Shown: positions 32,319 to 42,804 of the stretch, piece by piece
Numbering within the stretch: position 1 is the stretch's first letter
How the letters are laid out: the number at the start of each line of letters is the position of its first letter
Program-made: the position numbers and the translations under genes
The notes under the pieces: model-generated
What the model saw: only the letters and a program-made list of their open reading frames with translations
What the model was told of the DNA's origin: nothing
Database searches by the model: none
DNA from: an uncultured Gemmatimonadales bacterium
Lineage (GTDB): Bacteria > Gemmatimonadota > Gemmatimonadetes > Gemmatimonadales > GWC2-71-9
Reading direction: 5' to 3'
DNA length: 64,000 nt
Assembly: GCA_963842945.1 (NCBI GenBank)
Contig: CAWJIM010000023.1
Span: 352,001-416,000, forward strand

Positions 32319-35236
32319 TAATACGCCGGCGGGTCGCTGGCGGGGAACGACTCCTTGGATCCCTCGTCCACTCTCTTGGCGTTGGGCCGCGACTCCGGCG
32401 TGGTGGAGGGTCCCGGCCCGATGGCCCGGGCCTTCTGCCGGCCCCAAAGCAGCTGCCGCAGCACATACTGCAGGATTCCGCCGTGCTGGTAGTAGAGCAC
32501 CTCCTGCGGGGTGTCGATCCGAATCGTGACCTCGAAGCGGGCCACGGCGCCGTCCTCCCTGCGGGCGTTCACCATCAGAGTGCGGCCGGCGGCAAACGCG
32601 GTCTCGATCGCACGGGCGAGGCCCTCCAGATCGTACACTTCGCGTCCGGTGAGCCCCAGGCTTTGGACCGATTGCCCCGGGGTAAACTGCAGAGGAAGGA
32701 TGCCCATCCCCACCAGATTCGAGCGGTGGATTCGCTCGTAGCTCTCGGCGATCACGGCACGAATTCCCTGCAGGGCGGGGCCCTTGGCCGCCCAGTCCCG
32801 GCTGGAGCCGGAGCCGTATTCCTTGCCGGCCAAAACCAGCAGCGGCGTCTCTGAGGTCTGATACCGCACCGCCGCGTCGTAGATCGACATGACCTCGCCG
32901 GTCGGCAGGTACGTCGTGACGCCCCCCTCGGTGCCCGGCGCCAGCCGATTCCGAATCCTGGTATTGGCAAAGGTGCCCCGGACCAGAACCTCATGATTGC
33001 CGCGCCGGGATCCATATGAGTTGAAATCCGCCGGGGCCACGCCCTGAGCGATGAGATACCGCCCAGCCGGGGAATCCTTCTTTATGCTCCCGGCAGGCGA
33101 TATGTGGTCGGTGGTGACGCTGTCGCCCAGCACGGCAATGACTCGTGCCCCGCGGATCTCCTCCACCGTTGTGGGGCTCTCCTTCGACATGCCTTTGAAG
33201 TAGGGCGGCTGCCGGACATAGGTGGACGTAGGGGCCCACTCGAACCGATCGCCCTCGGGCACCTCCAGGCCGTTCCATCGCTCGTCGCCGGCAAAGACGG
33301 CGCCATAGCTCCGGCGGTACATCTCGGATTTGATCGACGATTGGAGAGTCTGCTCCACCTCCGCCGAGCTCGGCCAGATATCCCGGAGATAAACCGGCTG
33401 GCCCTGGGGATCGTGTCCCAGCGGCTCCTCGAACAGATCGATGTCGATCCTGCCTGCCAGGGCAAAGGCGACCACCAAAGGCGGCGACATGAGATAGTTG
33501 GCCCGCACGTCGGAGTTGATCCGCCCCTCGAAGTTGCGATTGCCGGACAGGACCGAGCAGGCCACCAGCTGCCGCCGCTGAATGGCGTCGGAGATCTCGA
33601 GCGGAAGGGGGCCCGAGTTGCCGATGCAGGTGGTGCAGCCGTATCCCACCAGATTGAAGCCCAGCTGCTCCAGATAGGGCGTGAGCCCCGCCCGATCGTA
33701 ATAGTCCGTCACGACCTTGGAGCCCGGAGCAAGCGACGTCTTGACCCAGGGTTTCCGCTCGAGCCCGCGCTCCACCGCCTTCTTGGCGAGGAGACCGGCG
33801 GCCAGCATGACCGAAGGATTGGAGGTGTTGGTGCAACTGGTGATGGCCGCGATCACCACCGAGCCGTGGTCGAGCACCTCGGCCGCATCTTCGAGCATGA
33901 CCGCGCGAGTAGACGGCGATTCCGGCGAGCCCTCGCCCCAGACCCCCACCGCGCCCGGCCCTTCACTGGAGCCCTTGGCGGCCTCCTTGCCCGGCAGGCT
34001 GGTGCCGGCAGGTAACAGACTGGGCAAGGCATCACGGAACGAGCGGCGCGCTTCGGAGAGCCGAATGCGGTCCTGGGGCCGGCGGGGACCCGCGATGCTG
34101 GGCTCTACCTTGGAGAGATCGAGGGCCAGGGTGTCGGTAAACACCGGCTCGGGCGACCTGGCCGAATGGAAGAGCCCCTGCTCTTTCATGTAGGCCTCGA
34201 CCAGAGCGACTCGCTCGTCGGATCGGCCGGTGAACCGGAGATACTGCAGGGTCACGTCGTCAACCGGGAAGATGGCGCAGGTGGCCCCGTACTCGGGCGA
34301 CATGTTCCCGATGGTGGCCCGATCGGCCAGCGCCAGGCTGGCGAGTCCCGGGCCGTAGAATTCCACGAACTTGCCCACCACGCCTTTGCGACGGAGAAGC
34401 TCTGTCACGGTGAGCACCAGGTCTGTTGCGGTGGCTCCTTCGGGCAACCGTCCCTCCAGCCGGAATCCGATGACTTCGGGAATCAGCATGGAAACCGGCT
34501 GGCCCAGCATGGCGGCTTCCGCCTCGATCCCTCCGACTCCCCAGCCCAGCACCCCCAGACCATTGATCATGGGGGTATGCGAATCGGTCCCTACGAGGGT
34601 GTCCGGGTAGGCCTGGGGCAGCTCTCCGCTTCGGGCGTGGGGGTTCTCATCCGAGGTGAACACCACCCGCGCCAGGTACTCGAGATTCACCTGGTGGACG
34701 ATCCCGGTGTTGGGCGGGACCACGCGGAAGTTGTCGAAGGCTCGCTGGCCCCAGCGGAGAAACTGGTATCGCTCGCGGTTGCGCTGGTAGTCGAGATCGA
34801 CGTTGGTCAGGAAGGCGCTAGACGTCCCGAACGCATCTACCTGCACCGAGTGATCCACCACCAGCTCCACCGGCTGGAGTGGATTGATTCGAGCAGGATC
34901 CCCCCCCAGCTCGGCCATGGCATCGCGCATCGCGGCCAGGTCGACCACCGCGGGGACCCCGGTGAAGTCCTGCAGCAGCACCCGCGCTGGAGTGAAGGCG
35001 ATCTCCCGGAGCGGAGCGTTGGCCGGCGTCCAGCCAGCCAGGGCCACGATATCATCCCGGGTGACGGTGACCCCGTCTTCGGTTCTGAGCAGATCTTCCA
35101 GGAGAATGCGGAGGGAGTACGGCAGGCGAGTAATGTCGATTCCGTTCCGGGTCAGAGCGTCGAGCCGGAACATTTCGAAGCTTCTGACGCCTACTGTCAG
35201 CTTGGCTCGGGCACCAAATGAGTCGTTCATGTTCAT
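32318..35236 (-). CDS. acnA: Aconitate hydratase AcnA
   Basis: [73 protein letters not shown]. Confidence 0.98.
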   Translation of the reverse strand: MNMNDSFGARAKLTVGVRSFEMFRLDALTRNGIDITRLPYSLRILLEDLLRTEDGVTVTRDDIVALAGWTPANAPLREIAFTPARVLLQDFTGVPAVVDLAAMRDAMAELGGDPARINPLQPVELVVDHSVQVDAFGTSSAFLTNVDLDYQRNRERYQFLRWGQRAFDNFRVVPPNTGIVHQVNLEYLARVVFTSDENPHARSGELPQAYPDTLVGTDSHTPMINGLGVLGWGVGGIEAEAAMLGQPVSMLIPEVIGFRLEGRLPEGATATDLVLTVTELLRRKGVVGKFVEFYGPGLASLALADRATIGNMSPEYGATCAIFPVDDVTLQYLRFTGRSDERVALVEAYMKEQGLFHSARSPEPVFTDTLALDLSKVEPSIAGPRRPQDRIRLSEARRSFRDALPSLLPAGTSLPGKEAAKGSSEGPGAVGVWGEGSPESPSTRAVMLEDAAEVLDHGSVVIAAITSCTNTSNPSVMLAAGLLAKKAVERGLERKPWVKTSLAPGSKVVTDYYDRAGLTPYLEQLGFNLVGYGCTTCIGNSGPLPLEISDAIQRRQLVACSVLSGNRNFEGRINSDVRANYLMSPPLVVAFALAGRIDIDLFEEPLGHDPQGQPVYLRDIWPSSAEVEQTLQSSIKSEMYRRSYGAVFAGDERWNGLEVPEGDRFEWAPTSTYVRQPPYFKGMSKESPTTVEEIRGARVIAVLGDSVTTDHISPAGSIKKDSPAGRYLIAQGVAPADFNSYGSRRGNHEVLVRGTFANTRIRNRLAPGTEGGVTTYLPTGEVMSIYDAAVRYQTSETPLLVLAGKEYGSGSSRDWAAKGPALQGIRAVIAESYERIHRSNLVGMGILPLQFTPGQSVQSLGLTGREVYDLEGLARAIETAFAAGRTLMVNARREDGAVARFEVTIRIDTPQEVLYYQHGGILQYVLRQLLWGRQKARAIGPGPSTTPESRPNAKRVDEGSKESFPASDPPAY

Positions 35237-35392
35237 AAACTAAGCGGTTTAGCCCATTCGAGCAGGTTGGCCGTACGCTGCCACAATGCTGCCGGTATCT
35301 CTGACAGTGGACAATCCGACCAGAGCCTTTTACAGTGATGGTCCGTTGGATGTTCGTGGCATCCATCATCCCACCCAATGGTCATAGCCGCA

Positions 35393-36454
35393 ATGCCACA
35401 CGCCGCAGACGGTGCGATGCCGGTCGTGGCCGGCAGCGCCAGTTGTCTGATCGTCGATGACGAACCCAGCGTTCGTCGCTCGCTGTCCCGCATGCTTCAG
35501 GCTCAGGGATTTCACTGCCTGGAGGCCTGCAGCGGGCGAGAGGGGCTGCAGGTTCTGGAGAGGACCGGCGAGATCCCGCTCATCATCTCGGATATGAAAA
35601 TGCCCGAGCTGGACGGGATGGCTTTCCTGGAGGCGGTGCGCCGGCAATTCCCCGACAGCTCGGTCATCATGTTGAGCGGCATGAGTGAGACGACGACCGC
35701 GGTGGACTGCCTCCATCTCGGCGCAGCCGACTTCCTGCTGAAGCCCATCTCTCTCAGTGAGCTGCAGGCCCGAGTGAGCCGGGCGCTGGAGAAGCGGGCC
35801 CTGGTCCTGCAGAATCGGTTTTACCAGCAGCATCTGGAGCAACAGGTCCAGGCCCAGGCCACGCGAATCCAGGAGCTGTTTCTCCAGGGAGTCCAGATGC
35901 TGGCCCGAGCGCTGGAGGCCAAGGATGCCTACACCCGGGGGCACTCGATGCGGGTAAGCCAGTACGCTGTCGCTACCGCGTCCCGCCTGGGATTCAGCGG
36001 GCAGAGCCTGGAGGGGATTCGCCTGGGAGGGGAGCTGCACGACATCGGCAAGATCGGCACCCGGGAGGCGGTCCTGCACAAACCGACTTCGCTCACCCCG
36101 GAAGAGTTCCGCCAGATCACCGAGCACCCGGTGCTGGGAGAGCGGATGCTCTCACCCCTGGCGCACGAGTCACCCGATGTTCTCAAGATCGTGCGCTCGC
36201 ATCACGAGCGGCTGGACGGCCGCGGCTTTCCCGACGGTCTCAGGGGGGAGAAGATCCCGATCGAGGCCCGGATCGTGGCGGTCGCCGACTCCTTCGACGC
36301 CATGACCACCCGGCGGCCCTACCGGGAAGCCCGGCCCCCGGCCGAGGCGCTGGGCGAGCTTCGGAAAGTGGCCGGCACGCAGCTCGATCCTGACGCCGTG
36401 GAAGCGTTCGTCGCGGCCTACCCCGATCCGAGGGTGCTGCCTATCCCGGCGTAA
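35393..36454 (+). CDS. REC-HD-GYP response regulator (RpfG-like cyclic dinucleotide phosphodiesterase)
   Basis: N-terminal REC; KDAYTRGHS, LHDIGKIG, HHERLDGRGFPDGL, ARIVAVADSFDAMT. Confidence 0.93.
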   Translation: MPHAADGAMPVVAGSASCLIVDDEPSVRRSLSRMLQAQGFHCLEACSGREGLQVLERTGEIPLIISDMKMPELDGMAFLEAVRRQFPDSSVIMLSGMSETTTAVDCLHLGAADFLLKPISLSELQARVSRALEKRALVLQNRFYQQHLEQQVQAQATRIQELFLQGVQMLARALEAKDAYTRGHSMRVSQYAVATASRLGFSGQSLEGIRLGGELHDIGKIGTREAVLHKPTSLTPEEFRQITEHPVLGERMLSPLAHESPDVLKIVRSHHERLDGRGFPDGLRGEKIPIEARIVAVADSFDAMTTRRPYREARPPAEALGELRKVAGTQLDPDAVEAFVAAYPDPRVLPIPA

Positions 36455-36462
36455 CGACCGGG

Positions 36463-36645
36463 CTACAACTCCCGCAGCATGGTGCGCATCCGAATGGCGA
36501 GCGCCTCGATCTCCCGCAGGCTCGTGAGCGTCTCCGGATCGATTTTCGACTCGTTCAGCAGCAGCAGCTGGGTTTCGGCAAGCAGGGCGGAGAGTGGATT
36601 GGAAAGGTCGTGGCGTAGCCTACTGAGCCGCTCGGTGTCGTTCAT
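36463..36645 (-). CDS. Stand-alone HisKA/DHp phospho-acceptor-like mini-protein (60 aa)
   Basis: MNDTERLSRLRHDLSNPLSALLAETQLL...; H-box plus a second helix, no ATPase domain. Confidence 0.75.
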   Translation of the reverse strand: MNDTERLSRLRHDLSNPLSALLAETQLLLLNESKIDPETLTSLREIEALAIRMRTMLREL

Positions 36646-36746
36646 CGTGGCCTTACGCCAGGAGCAGAGACCTTGGGAAACGGGGCTTGTGCTGGGGGTG
36701 GGAAACATTGTAGCTGCAGGGAACGTTCCGCAATAGGGCGTCCCCC

Positions 36747-36775
36747 TTGACTCTCCAGGCGGAACTGTCTACCTT
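36747..36775 (+). promoter_or_regulatory. Sigma-70 promoter of rho
   Basis: TTGACT-17 bp-TACCTT about 180 nt upstream of the rho start. Confidence 0.65.
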
Positions 36776-36955
36776 CGAGTGCTTCTTGGTCACTACGAAA
36801 CTCCCCGTCTACACACACCTTTTCGTTAGCTCCGGCCCTGTTTGACGGGCCACTACATACACAATACACAGTACAACCCCGCTGGATCTTGCACTTTCAT
36901 ACTTCCCCATTAGGCCCACTGCGTGCCGAGCCCGTCCGCCCCTGGAGTTCCACTC

Positions 36956-38203
36956 GTGGATATCGCTGAGCTGAAGCAGAAGTCCGTCGCTGAGCTCCAC
37001 ACCCTGGCTGAGCAGTTGAACATCTCCAACTACTCAGGCCTCCGTAAGCAGGACCTCATTTTCCGGATCGAGCAGTCGCTGCTGGACTCCGACACCGTTA
37101 TTCGCGGTGAAGGCGTGCTCGAGATCCTGCCCGAGGGGTACGGCTTTCTCAGAAGCCAGGATTGGAACTACCTCTACGGTCCCGACGACATCTATGTCTC
37201 GCCCAGCCAGATCAAGCGGTTCGACCTGCGCACCGGCGACACCGTCATGGGTCAGGTCCGGCCCCCCAAGGAGGGCGAGCGCTACCTGGCCCTGCTCAAG
37301 GTCGAGCAGGTCAACTTCGAGGAACCGGAGAAGACCAAGCACCGGATCGCCTTCGACAATCTGCGCCCCCGGTATCCCGACGCCCGGATCCGGTTGGAGC
37401 GCAAGAACGGCGATTTGTCGATGCGGGTGGTCGATCTGCTCAGTCCGCTGGGCAAGGGCCAGCGCGCGCTGATTGTGGCCCCGCCCAAGGCCGGCAAGAC
37501 GATCCTGATGCAGAAGCTGGCGAATGCGATCAGCGAGAATCATCCGGAAATCGTGCTGATCGTGCTCCTGATCGATGAGCGGCCCGAGGAAGTCACCGAC
37601 ATGGAGGAGAACGTCAAAGCCGAAGTCATCTCCTCCACCTTCGATGAGCCGGCCGACCGCCACGTTCAGGTGGCCGACATGGTCATCGAGAAGTCCAAGC
37701 GGCTGGTCGAGCATGGCCGCGACGTGGTCATCCTCCTGGACTCGATTACCCGCCTGGCCCGGGCCCACAACGTGGTGGTGCCGCACTCGGGCAAGATCTT
37801 GTCCGGTGGTGTCGACGCCAACGCCCTGCAAAAGCCCAAGCGGTTCTTCGGGGCCGCGCGGAACATCGACAAGGGCGGAAGCCTGAGCATCATCGCGACG
37901 GCCCTGATCGACACCGGCAGCCGGATGGACGAGGTGATCTTCGAGGAGTTCAAGGGCACGGGCAATTCCGAGCTGGTGCTCGACCGCCGCCTGGCCGACC
38001 GCCGGATCTATCCCGCCATCGATATTCAGCGGACCTCCACCCGGAAGGAGGAGCTCCTGATGGACAAGGACGAGCTCAACCGGGTGTACCTGCTACGGAA
38101 CTTCCTGGCGGATATGCCGCCGGTGGAGGCGCTGGAGTTCCTCCTGGAACGGATGAAGCGCACCAAGAACAACAAGGAGTTCTTCGCCACGATGGCGCAG
38201 TAG
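36956..38203 (+). CDS. rho: Transcription termination factor Rho
   Basis: [68 protein letters not shown]. Confidence 0.99.
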   Translation: MDIAELKQKSVAELHTLAEQLNISNYSGLRKQDLIFRIEQSLLDSDTVIRGEGVLEILPEGYGFLRSQDWNYLYGPDDIYVSPSQIKRFDLRTGDTVMGQVRPPKEGERYLALLKVEQVNFEEPEKTKHRIAFDNLRPRYPDARIRLERKNGDLSMRVVDLLSPLGKGQRALIVAPPKAGKTILMQKLANAISENHPEIVLIVLLIDERPEEVTDMEENVKAEVISSTFDEPADRHVQVADMVIEKSKRLVEHGRDVVILLDSITRLARAHNVVVPHSGKILSGGVDANALQKPKRFFGAARNIDKGGSLSIIATALIDTGSRMDEVIFEEFKGTGNSELVLDRRLADRRIYPAIDIQRTSTRKEELLMDKDELNRVYLLRNFLADMPPVEALEFLLERMKRTKNNKEFFATMAQ

Positions 38204-38210
38204 CAGTCCC

Positions 38211-38300
38211 CAGTGAACGGTGAGCAGTGAGCGGTGAGCGGGTCCGGAGAGCAGATCCCGGTTGCCCTCTCACCGTTTACCGTTTACCGCTCACCGTTTA
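38211..38300. repeat. Inverted tandem heptamer element (CGGTGAG)n...(CTCACCG/TTTACCG)n
   Basis: Four heptamers at 38211-38241 and four complementary heptamers at 38269-38296, between rho and ruvX. Confidence 0.8.
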
Positions 38301-38311
38301 TTTTGGCTTCG

Positions 38312-38755
38312 ATGCCCATCCCAACATCCGGCCGCATACTCGCCATCGACTGGGGCGAGGTGCGAATCGGGCTCGCGCTGAGCGACGAGACCCAGACCCT
38401 GGCCACACCGCTCGACACCCTGGTCCGCCGCGCCGGAAAGCGGTTCCCCATGGCCCGCTTCCTCGACCTGGTCTCGGCTCACTTGCCGGTGGGTATAATG
38501 GTCGGCCTGCCGCTCACCCTCGAGGGGAACGAAGAGGAGAGCGCGCTCGCCGCCCGGCAACTCGCCCAGGACGTGGCGGCCCGGAGCCGGCTCCCGGTGG
38601 ATATGTGGGACGAGCGGCTGAGCACCGCCCGGGCGCTGGCCGCGGTCCGGGAACAAGGTCGGTCTACCAGAGGTCGAAAAAAGGCGGTGGACGCCCTGGC
38701 GGCCGCAGTCATGCTGCAGCATTTCCTGGACGCGCGTCGAGGGGGACTGCAGTGA
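38312..38755 (+). CDS. ruvX: RuvX/YqgF family nuclease
   Basis: ILAIDWGEVRIGLALSD, VGLPL, WDERLST, VDALAAAVMLQHFLD. Confidence 0.95.
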   Translation: MPIPTSGRILAIDWGEVRIGLALSDETQTLATPLDTLVRRAGKRFPMARFLDLVSAHLPVGIMVGLPLTLEGNEEESALAARQLAQDVAARSRLPVDMWDERLSTARALAAVREQGRSTRGRKKAVDALAAAVMLQHFLDARRGGLQ

Positions 38756-39756
38756 CGGGGAGACTATCGAACCGTTCAGAGATTGGGAGCACGAGGGCCG
38801 TCCTCGTCATCCTCTCCGTTTTATCTGCCCTCTCCTGCACCTCCTCGGCCAAACCTGCCCGGGTCGTTCTCCCACCCGGCGCCTCCTTCGGGGCCGTGAC
38901 CGACAGCCTGGCCGCTCACGGCGTGATCTCCCACCCTGGCTGGTTCAAGCTGATGGCCAAGATCAGGAGAGTGGAACGATCGGTCCACGCCGGCGTGTAT
39001 GAATTCCCGGCCGGCACTTCTCCGTGGACCGCGCTCAGCATGCTGGCGCACGGGAAGAAGGCAGCGCTTCGGTTCACCGTGCCCGAAGGGTTGACCATCC
39101 AGGAAGTGGCGGCGCTGGCCGCGGAGCGGCTCGGCCTTCGAGCTGATTCCTTCGTGGTTGCGGCACGTGACAGCCAGGCCGCGAGCGAGTTGCTGGGTAT
39201 GCGGGTCCCCTCTTTCGAGGGGTTCCTGCGGCCCGAAACCTACGTCCTGCCGGCCGACCTCACCGCTCGACAGCTGGTGCGGATCATGGCCGATGGCTTC
39301 AAGTCTGAATGGAAGCCGGCATGGGATGCCCGACTGGACACCCTCAAAATGAACCGCCTGGAGTTGGTGACGCTCGCCAGCATTGTCGAGGGAGAGGCGA
39401 GGGTCGACGCCGAACGCGAGACCATCGCCGGCGTCTACCGCAACCGGCTCCGGATCGGCATGGCACTCCAGGCTGATCCCACGGTGCAGTACGCCATCAG
39501 TCTGAAACGGGGAAAGCGGAAGACCCGGCTGTTCGAGAAGGACTATCAGTTCGACTCGCCCTACAACACCTATTTGAATCCCGGGCTGCCTCCGGGCCCG
39601 GTGAACTCACCCAGCCGGCGGAGCATTGAGGCTTCACTCTACCCGGCGGACGTTCGCTATCTCTATTTCGTGGCCGGACCGGACGGACGCCACGTCTTCT
39701 CTCGCACCTACAACGAGCACCTCAGAGCGATCAGAAGGCTCAGACAGGGAGGCTAG
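38752..39756 (+). CDS. mltG: Endolytic transglycosylase MltG
   Basis: TVPEGLT, EGFLRPETY, LASIVEGEA, LQADPTVQY, SPYNTYLNPGLPPGPV, YLYFVA. Confidence 0.95.
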   Translation: MTGRLSNRSEIGSTRAVLVILSVLSALSCTSSAKPARVVLPPGASFGAVTDSLAAHGVISHPGWFKLMAKIRRVERSVHAGVYEFPAGTSPWTALSMLAHGKKAALRFTVPEGLTIQEVAALAAERLGLRADSFVVAARDSQAASELLGMRVPSFEGFLRPETYVLPADLTARQLVRIMADGFKSEWKPAWDARLDTLKMNRLELVTLASIVEGEARVDAERETIAGVYRNRLRIGMALQADPTVQYAISLKRGKRKTRLFEKDYQFDSPYNTYLNPGLPPGPVNSPSRRSIEASLYPADVRYLYFVAGPDGRHVFSRTYNEHLRAIRRLRQGG

Positions 39757-40363
39757 CCCGGTACTCCCGTGCCGCGGCCTCGATGTCGCTCGCCCCGAGT
39801 ATCCCCGACACAACCGCCACGCCGGTTCCCCCCAGCGATAGCACCGGTCCTACGTCTACCGGTCTGATGCCGCCGATGGCGATGCAAGGCTTGCCCCGCG
39901 CCAGCTCGATAATCTGCCGAAAGCCCTCGGAGCCAAGCGCAACGCCCGCATCTCCCTTGGTCGTGGTCTCGCGCCAGGGTCCCACGCCCCAGTAATCCGC
40001 TTCAGCAGCGGGAGCCGCCTCGGCTTCGACCCCGACCGATGCACCGATAATGAAACCAGGCGGACTGACGGCCCGGGCGAGGTGCACCGGCATATCGTCG
40101 GGGCCGAGATGCACCCCCGCGGCCCCCGCGGCAATGGCGATGTCGGGGCGGTCGTTGACCAGCACGGGAACGTCCAACCCGGCCACCAGCCCCCGTACCA
40201 GCTCGACCAGCTCCCTCGGGGTCTCGTGTTTAAGCCTGACCTGTAGCGCCGTCATGCCGCCCCGCTGCGCGGCACGGGCCAACTGCAGCAGGTCTCTCCC
40301 CTGCACCAGCCGATCATCCGTCACCACCATCAGGCGGAGGAGCAACGCTACATTATGTCTCAT
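39740..40363 (-). CDS. thiE: Thiamine phosphate synthase
   Basis: QVRLK, LVNDRPDIA, GVHLGPDD, TTTKGDA, IAIGGI, GVAVVSGI; start could be 40345 or 40330. Confidence 0.92.
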   Translation of the reverse strand: MRHNVALLLRLMVVTDDRLVQGRDLLQLARAAQRGGMTALQVRLKHETPRELVELVRGLVAGLDVPVLVNDRPDIAIAAGAAGVHLGPDDMPVHLARAVSPPGFIIGASVGVEAEAAPAAEADYWGVGPWRETTTKGDAGVALGSEGFRQIIELARGKPCIAIGGIRPVDVGPVLSLGGTGVAVVSGILGASDIEAAAREYRASLPV

Positions 40364-40733
40364 GCCGTCTCCAGCTCGCCTTCAGGGAATCCGAGGAGCT
40401 ACTACAGTCAGCCGGAACGATCCCGGCGAGATCCTGTCTGCCACCGACGAACTGCTGCGGGCCCTGATCGATGCCAACAACCTCGAGCCTGACGATATCG
40501 TCAGTGCCCTCTTCACGGTGACCAGGGATCTGGACGCCGCATTTCCCGCTCGAGCCGCCGAAGAGTTCGGCTGGAATATCGTGGCCCTGCTCCATGCCAC
40601 CGAAATTCCGGTTCCCGGCTCGCTCCCCCGCTGTATTCGACTTCTGGTTCACGCCTATACCACCCGCACCCGTTCGGAAATCAAGCATTGCTATCTACGA
40701 GGAGCCACGGTTCTGCGGCCCGATCGGGCGTGA
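40362..40733 (+). CDS. aroH: Chorismate mutase, AroH class
   Basis: GIRGATTV, FTVTRDLDAAFPARAA, EIPVPGSLPRCIRLL, YLRGATVLRPD. Confidence 0.94.
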   Translation: MPSPARLQGIRGATTVSRNDPGEILSATDELLRALIDANNLEPDDIVSALFTVTRDLDAAFPARAAEEFGWNIVALLHATEIPVPGSLPRCIRLLVHAYTTRTRSEIKHCYLRGATVLRPDRA

Positions 40734-41884
40734 CCGTCGCCAAGGTGACCCCCCGCGGCGCGGAGCGCTGGGTTCGAGGGCACCCATGGATCTACCGGAG
40801 CGAGGTGCTTGCCGCCCCGGAGAATGCAGGTCTGGTCAGGGTGGAGGATGCCCGCGGAAAGTTTCTGGGTCAGGCGCTCTACTCACCCTCATCGGAGATC
40901 CGGCTCCGGCTCTTGGAGCGAGGTGAGCGCACGGTAGATGCGGCGTGGTGGCGAGAGCGGATTGCGCAGGCCGTCTCTCGCCGGGAGAGCATTGATGCCA
41001 CCGCATACCGGGTTGTCCACGGCGAGGGAGACGCACTGCCTTCGCTGGTCGTGGATCGCTACGACCGCTGGCTGGTTGTGCAGGTGCTCTCCGCCGGCCT
41101 GGAGACCATGCGAGACCGGATCATCGATGCCCTGACTGAGGTGCTGAAGCCGGAAGGGATCCTGCTGCGAAACGACGTTCCGGTCCGCCGCCGCGAGGGG
41201 CTGGCCCTGACACCAGAGCTGGCCCACGGAACTGTTCCAGAGGAGATCGAAGTGCGGGAGGGGATGGTCCGCTACCTGGCCGCACCCTGGCGCGGCCAGA
41301 AGACCGGCGCGTTCCTGGATCAACGGCCCAACCGGGTTCTGGCAGGAGATCAGATGCCACCCGGTGGCCGGGCGCTCGACTGCTTCACCTATCACGGGTC
41401 GTTCGCGCTGCACCTGGCTCGGCAAGCCGCTCACGTGCTGGCGCTCGACTCCAGCCAGGAGGCGCTGGAGCGCGGCGCCGCCAACGCGGGGCTCAACGGG
41501 CAGACTAACATCGAATGGCGAGAGGCCAATGCGCCGGAGGCGCTGCGGCAGATGGAGCGGGCGCGGGAACGGTTCGACGCCATCGTGCTGGATCCGCCGG
41601 CGTTCGCGAAATCACGAGCATCGGTGCCGGATGCGTTGCGAGGATACCGGGAAATCAATCTGCGCGCCCTCCGTCTCCTTGCGGAAGGAGGGTTCCTCTT
41701 GACCGCCTCCTGCTCTTTCCACGTCCGGCTGCCACAATTCCTAGGCATGCTGAGTGAAGCGGCGGGCGACAGCGGACGGCGGGTGGTGCTGGAGCGGATT
41801 CTCGGCCAGGGCGAGGATCATCCGGAGGTGCTCACCATCCCCGAGACAGGGTACTTGAAGGGGGCAGTGTTGCGAGTAGTCTAA
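40730..41884 (+). CDS. RlmI/RlmK-family SAM-dependent rRNA methyltransferase
   Basis: GHPWIY PUA-like N-terminus, GQKTGAFLDQR, LDCFTYHGSF, IVLDPPAFAK, SCS, YLKG. Confidence 0.92.
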   Translation: MTVAKVTPRGAERWVRGHPWIYRSEVLAAPENAGLVRVEDARGKFLGQALYSPSSEIRLRLLERGERTVDAAWWRERIAQAVSRRESIDATAYRVVHGEGDALPSLVVDRYDRWLVVQVLSAGLETMRDRIIDALTEVLKPEGILLRNDVPVRRREGLALTPELAHGTVPEEIEVREGMVRYLAAPWRGQKTGAFLDQRPNRVLAGDQMPPGGRALDCFTYHGSFALHLARQAAHVLALDSSQEALERGAANAGLNGQTNIEWREANAPEALRQMERARERFDAIVLDPPAFAKSRASVPDALRGYREINLRALRLLAEGGFLLTASCSFHVRLPQFLGMLSEAAGDSGRRVVLERILGQGEDHPEVLTIPETGYLKGAVLRVV

Positions 41885-41928
41885 GATGAGAGACTAGACT
41901 TTACGCTCCACCTTTCCCAACTTGCACC

Positions 41929-42804
41929 ATGCCCAGCGGAGCAGACTCTCGGGAAAAATCGTCCGGGGCCCGCCGGGTCCTTGGCGGCATCCTGCTCGCC
42001 AACATCGTTGTGGTCATCGTGAAATTCGCGGTTGGGTGGAACACCAATTCCTTGGCGGTATTCGGTGATGCCCTTCAGTCGTCGGTCGATTCGGCCAACA
42101 ACATCTTCGCCATCTTCGTGGTTCGGGTAGCCGCTAAGGGACCCGACGAGGACCATCCTTATGGACACGCCAAGTTCGAGACGCTCGGGGCTCTGCTCAT
42201 TGCCCTCCTCCTGGCGCTCTCCATCTTCGAACTGGTTCGCGGAGCCATCGCCCGTCTGATTACCGGCTCTCCCGTGGTCAGCGTCTCGAGCACGGCGCTC
42301 GCGCTGCTCGTCTTTACCCTGATGGTAAACATTGGGGTGGTTTGGTTCGAGACCCGGGCAGGACGCAGGCTGGGCAGCGATCTGCTCCTGGCTGACGCGC
42401 TGCATACCCGCACCGACGTGTTCATCACCCTCGGCGTTCTCGCGGGATTGTTCCTGGCCCGCTCCGGTCTGGAGTGGGCCGATCCCGCACTTGCTCTGAT
42501 CGTGGCCATTCTGGTGGGCCGAGCCGGCTATCAGATCCTCCGCCGGTCGATTCCTACCCTGGTGGATGAGCGGGCCCTGGACCAGGCCACCATTCAGCGA
42601 GAGGCCGAAGGTGTGGCGGGCGTCGTCTCAGCCTACTCCATCAGATCGCGCCACGCCGGCGACCGACGCTTTGCCGAGCTCACCATCGCGGTAGATGGAA
42701 GCTCCAACGTGACCAGCGCCCACCTGATTGCCGACCAGGTCGAGGATCGGCTGCGGGAGAGTCTGCAGCTGGATGAAGTCACGGTGCACGTCGAGCCATG
42801 CTGA
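41929..42804 (+). CDS. Cation diffusion facilitator (CDF) family transporter
   Basis: DALQSSVD, PDEDHPYGHAKFE, ADALHTRTD, C-terminal VHVEP. Confidence 0.94.
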   Translation: MPSGADSREKSSGARRVLGGILLANIVVVIVKFAVGWNTNSLAVFGDALQSSVDSANNIFAIFVVRVAAKGPDEDHPYGHAKFETLGALLIALLLALSIFELVRGAIARLITGSPVVSVSSTALALLVFTLMVNIGVVWFETRAGRRLGSDLLLADALHTRTDVFITLGVLAGLFLARSGLEWADPALALIVAILVGRAGYQILRRSIPTLVDERALDQATIQREAEGVAGVVSAYSIRSRHAGDRRFAELTIAVDGSSNVTSAHLIADQVEDRLRESLQLDEVTVHVEPC

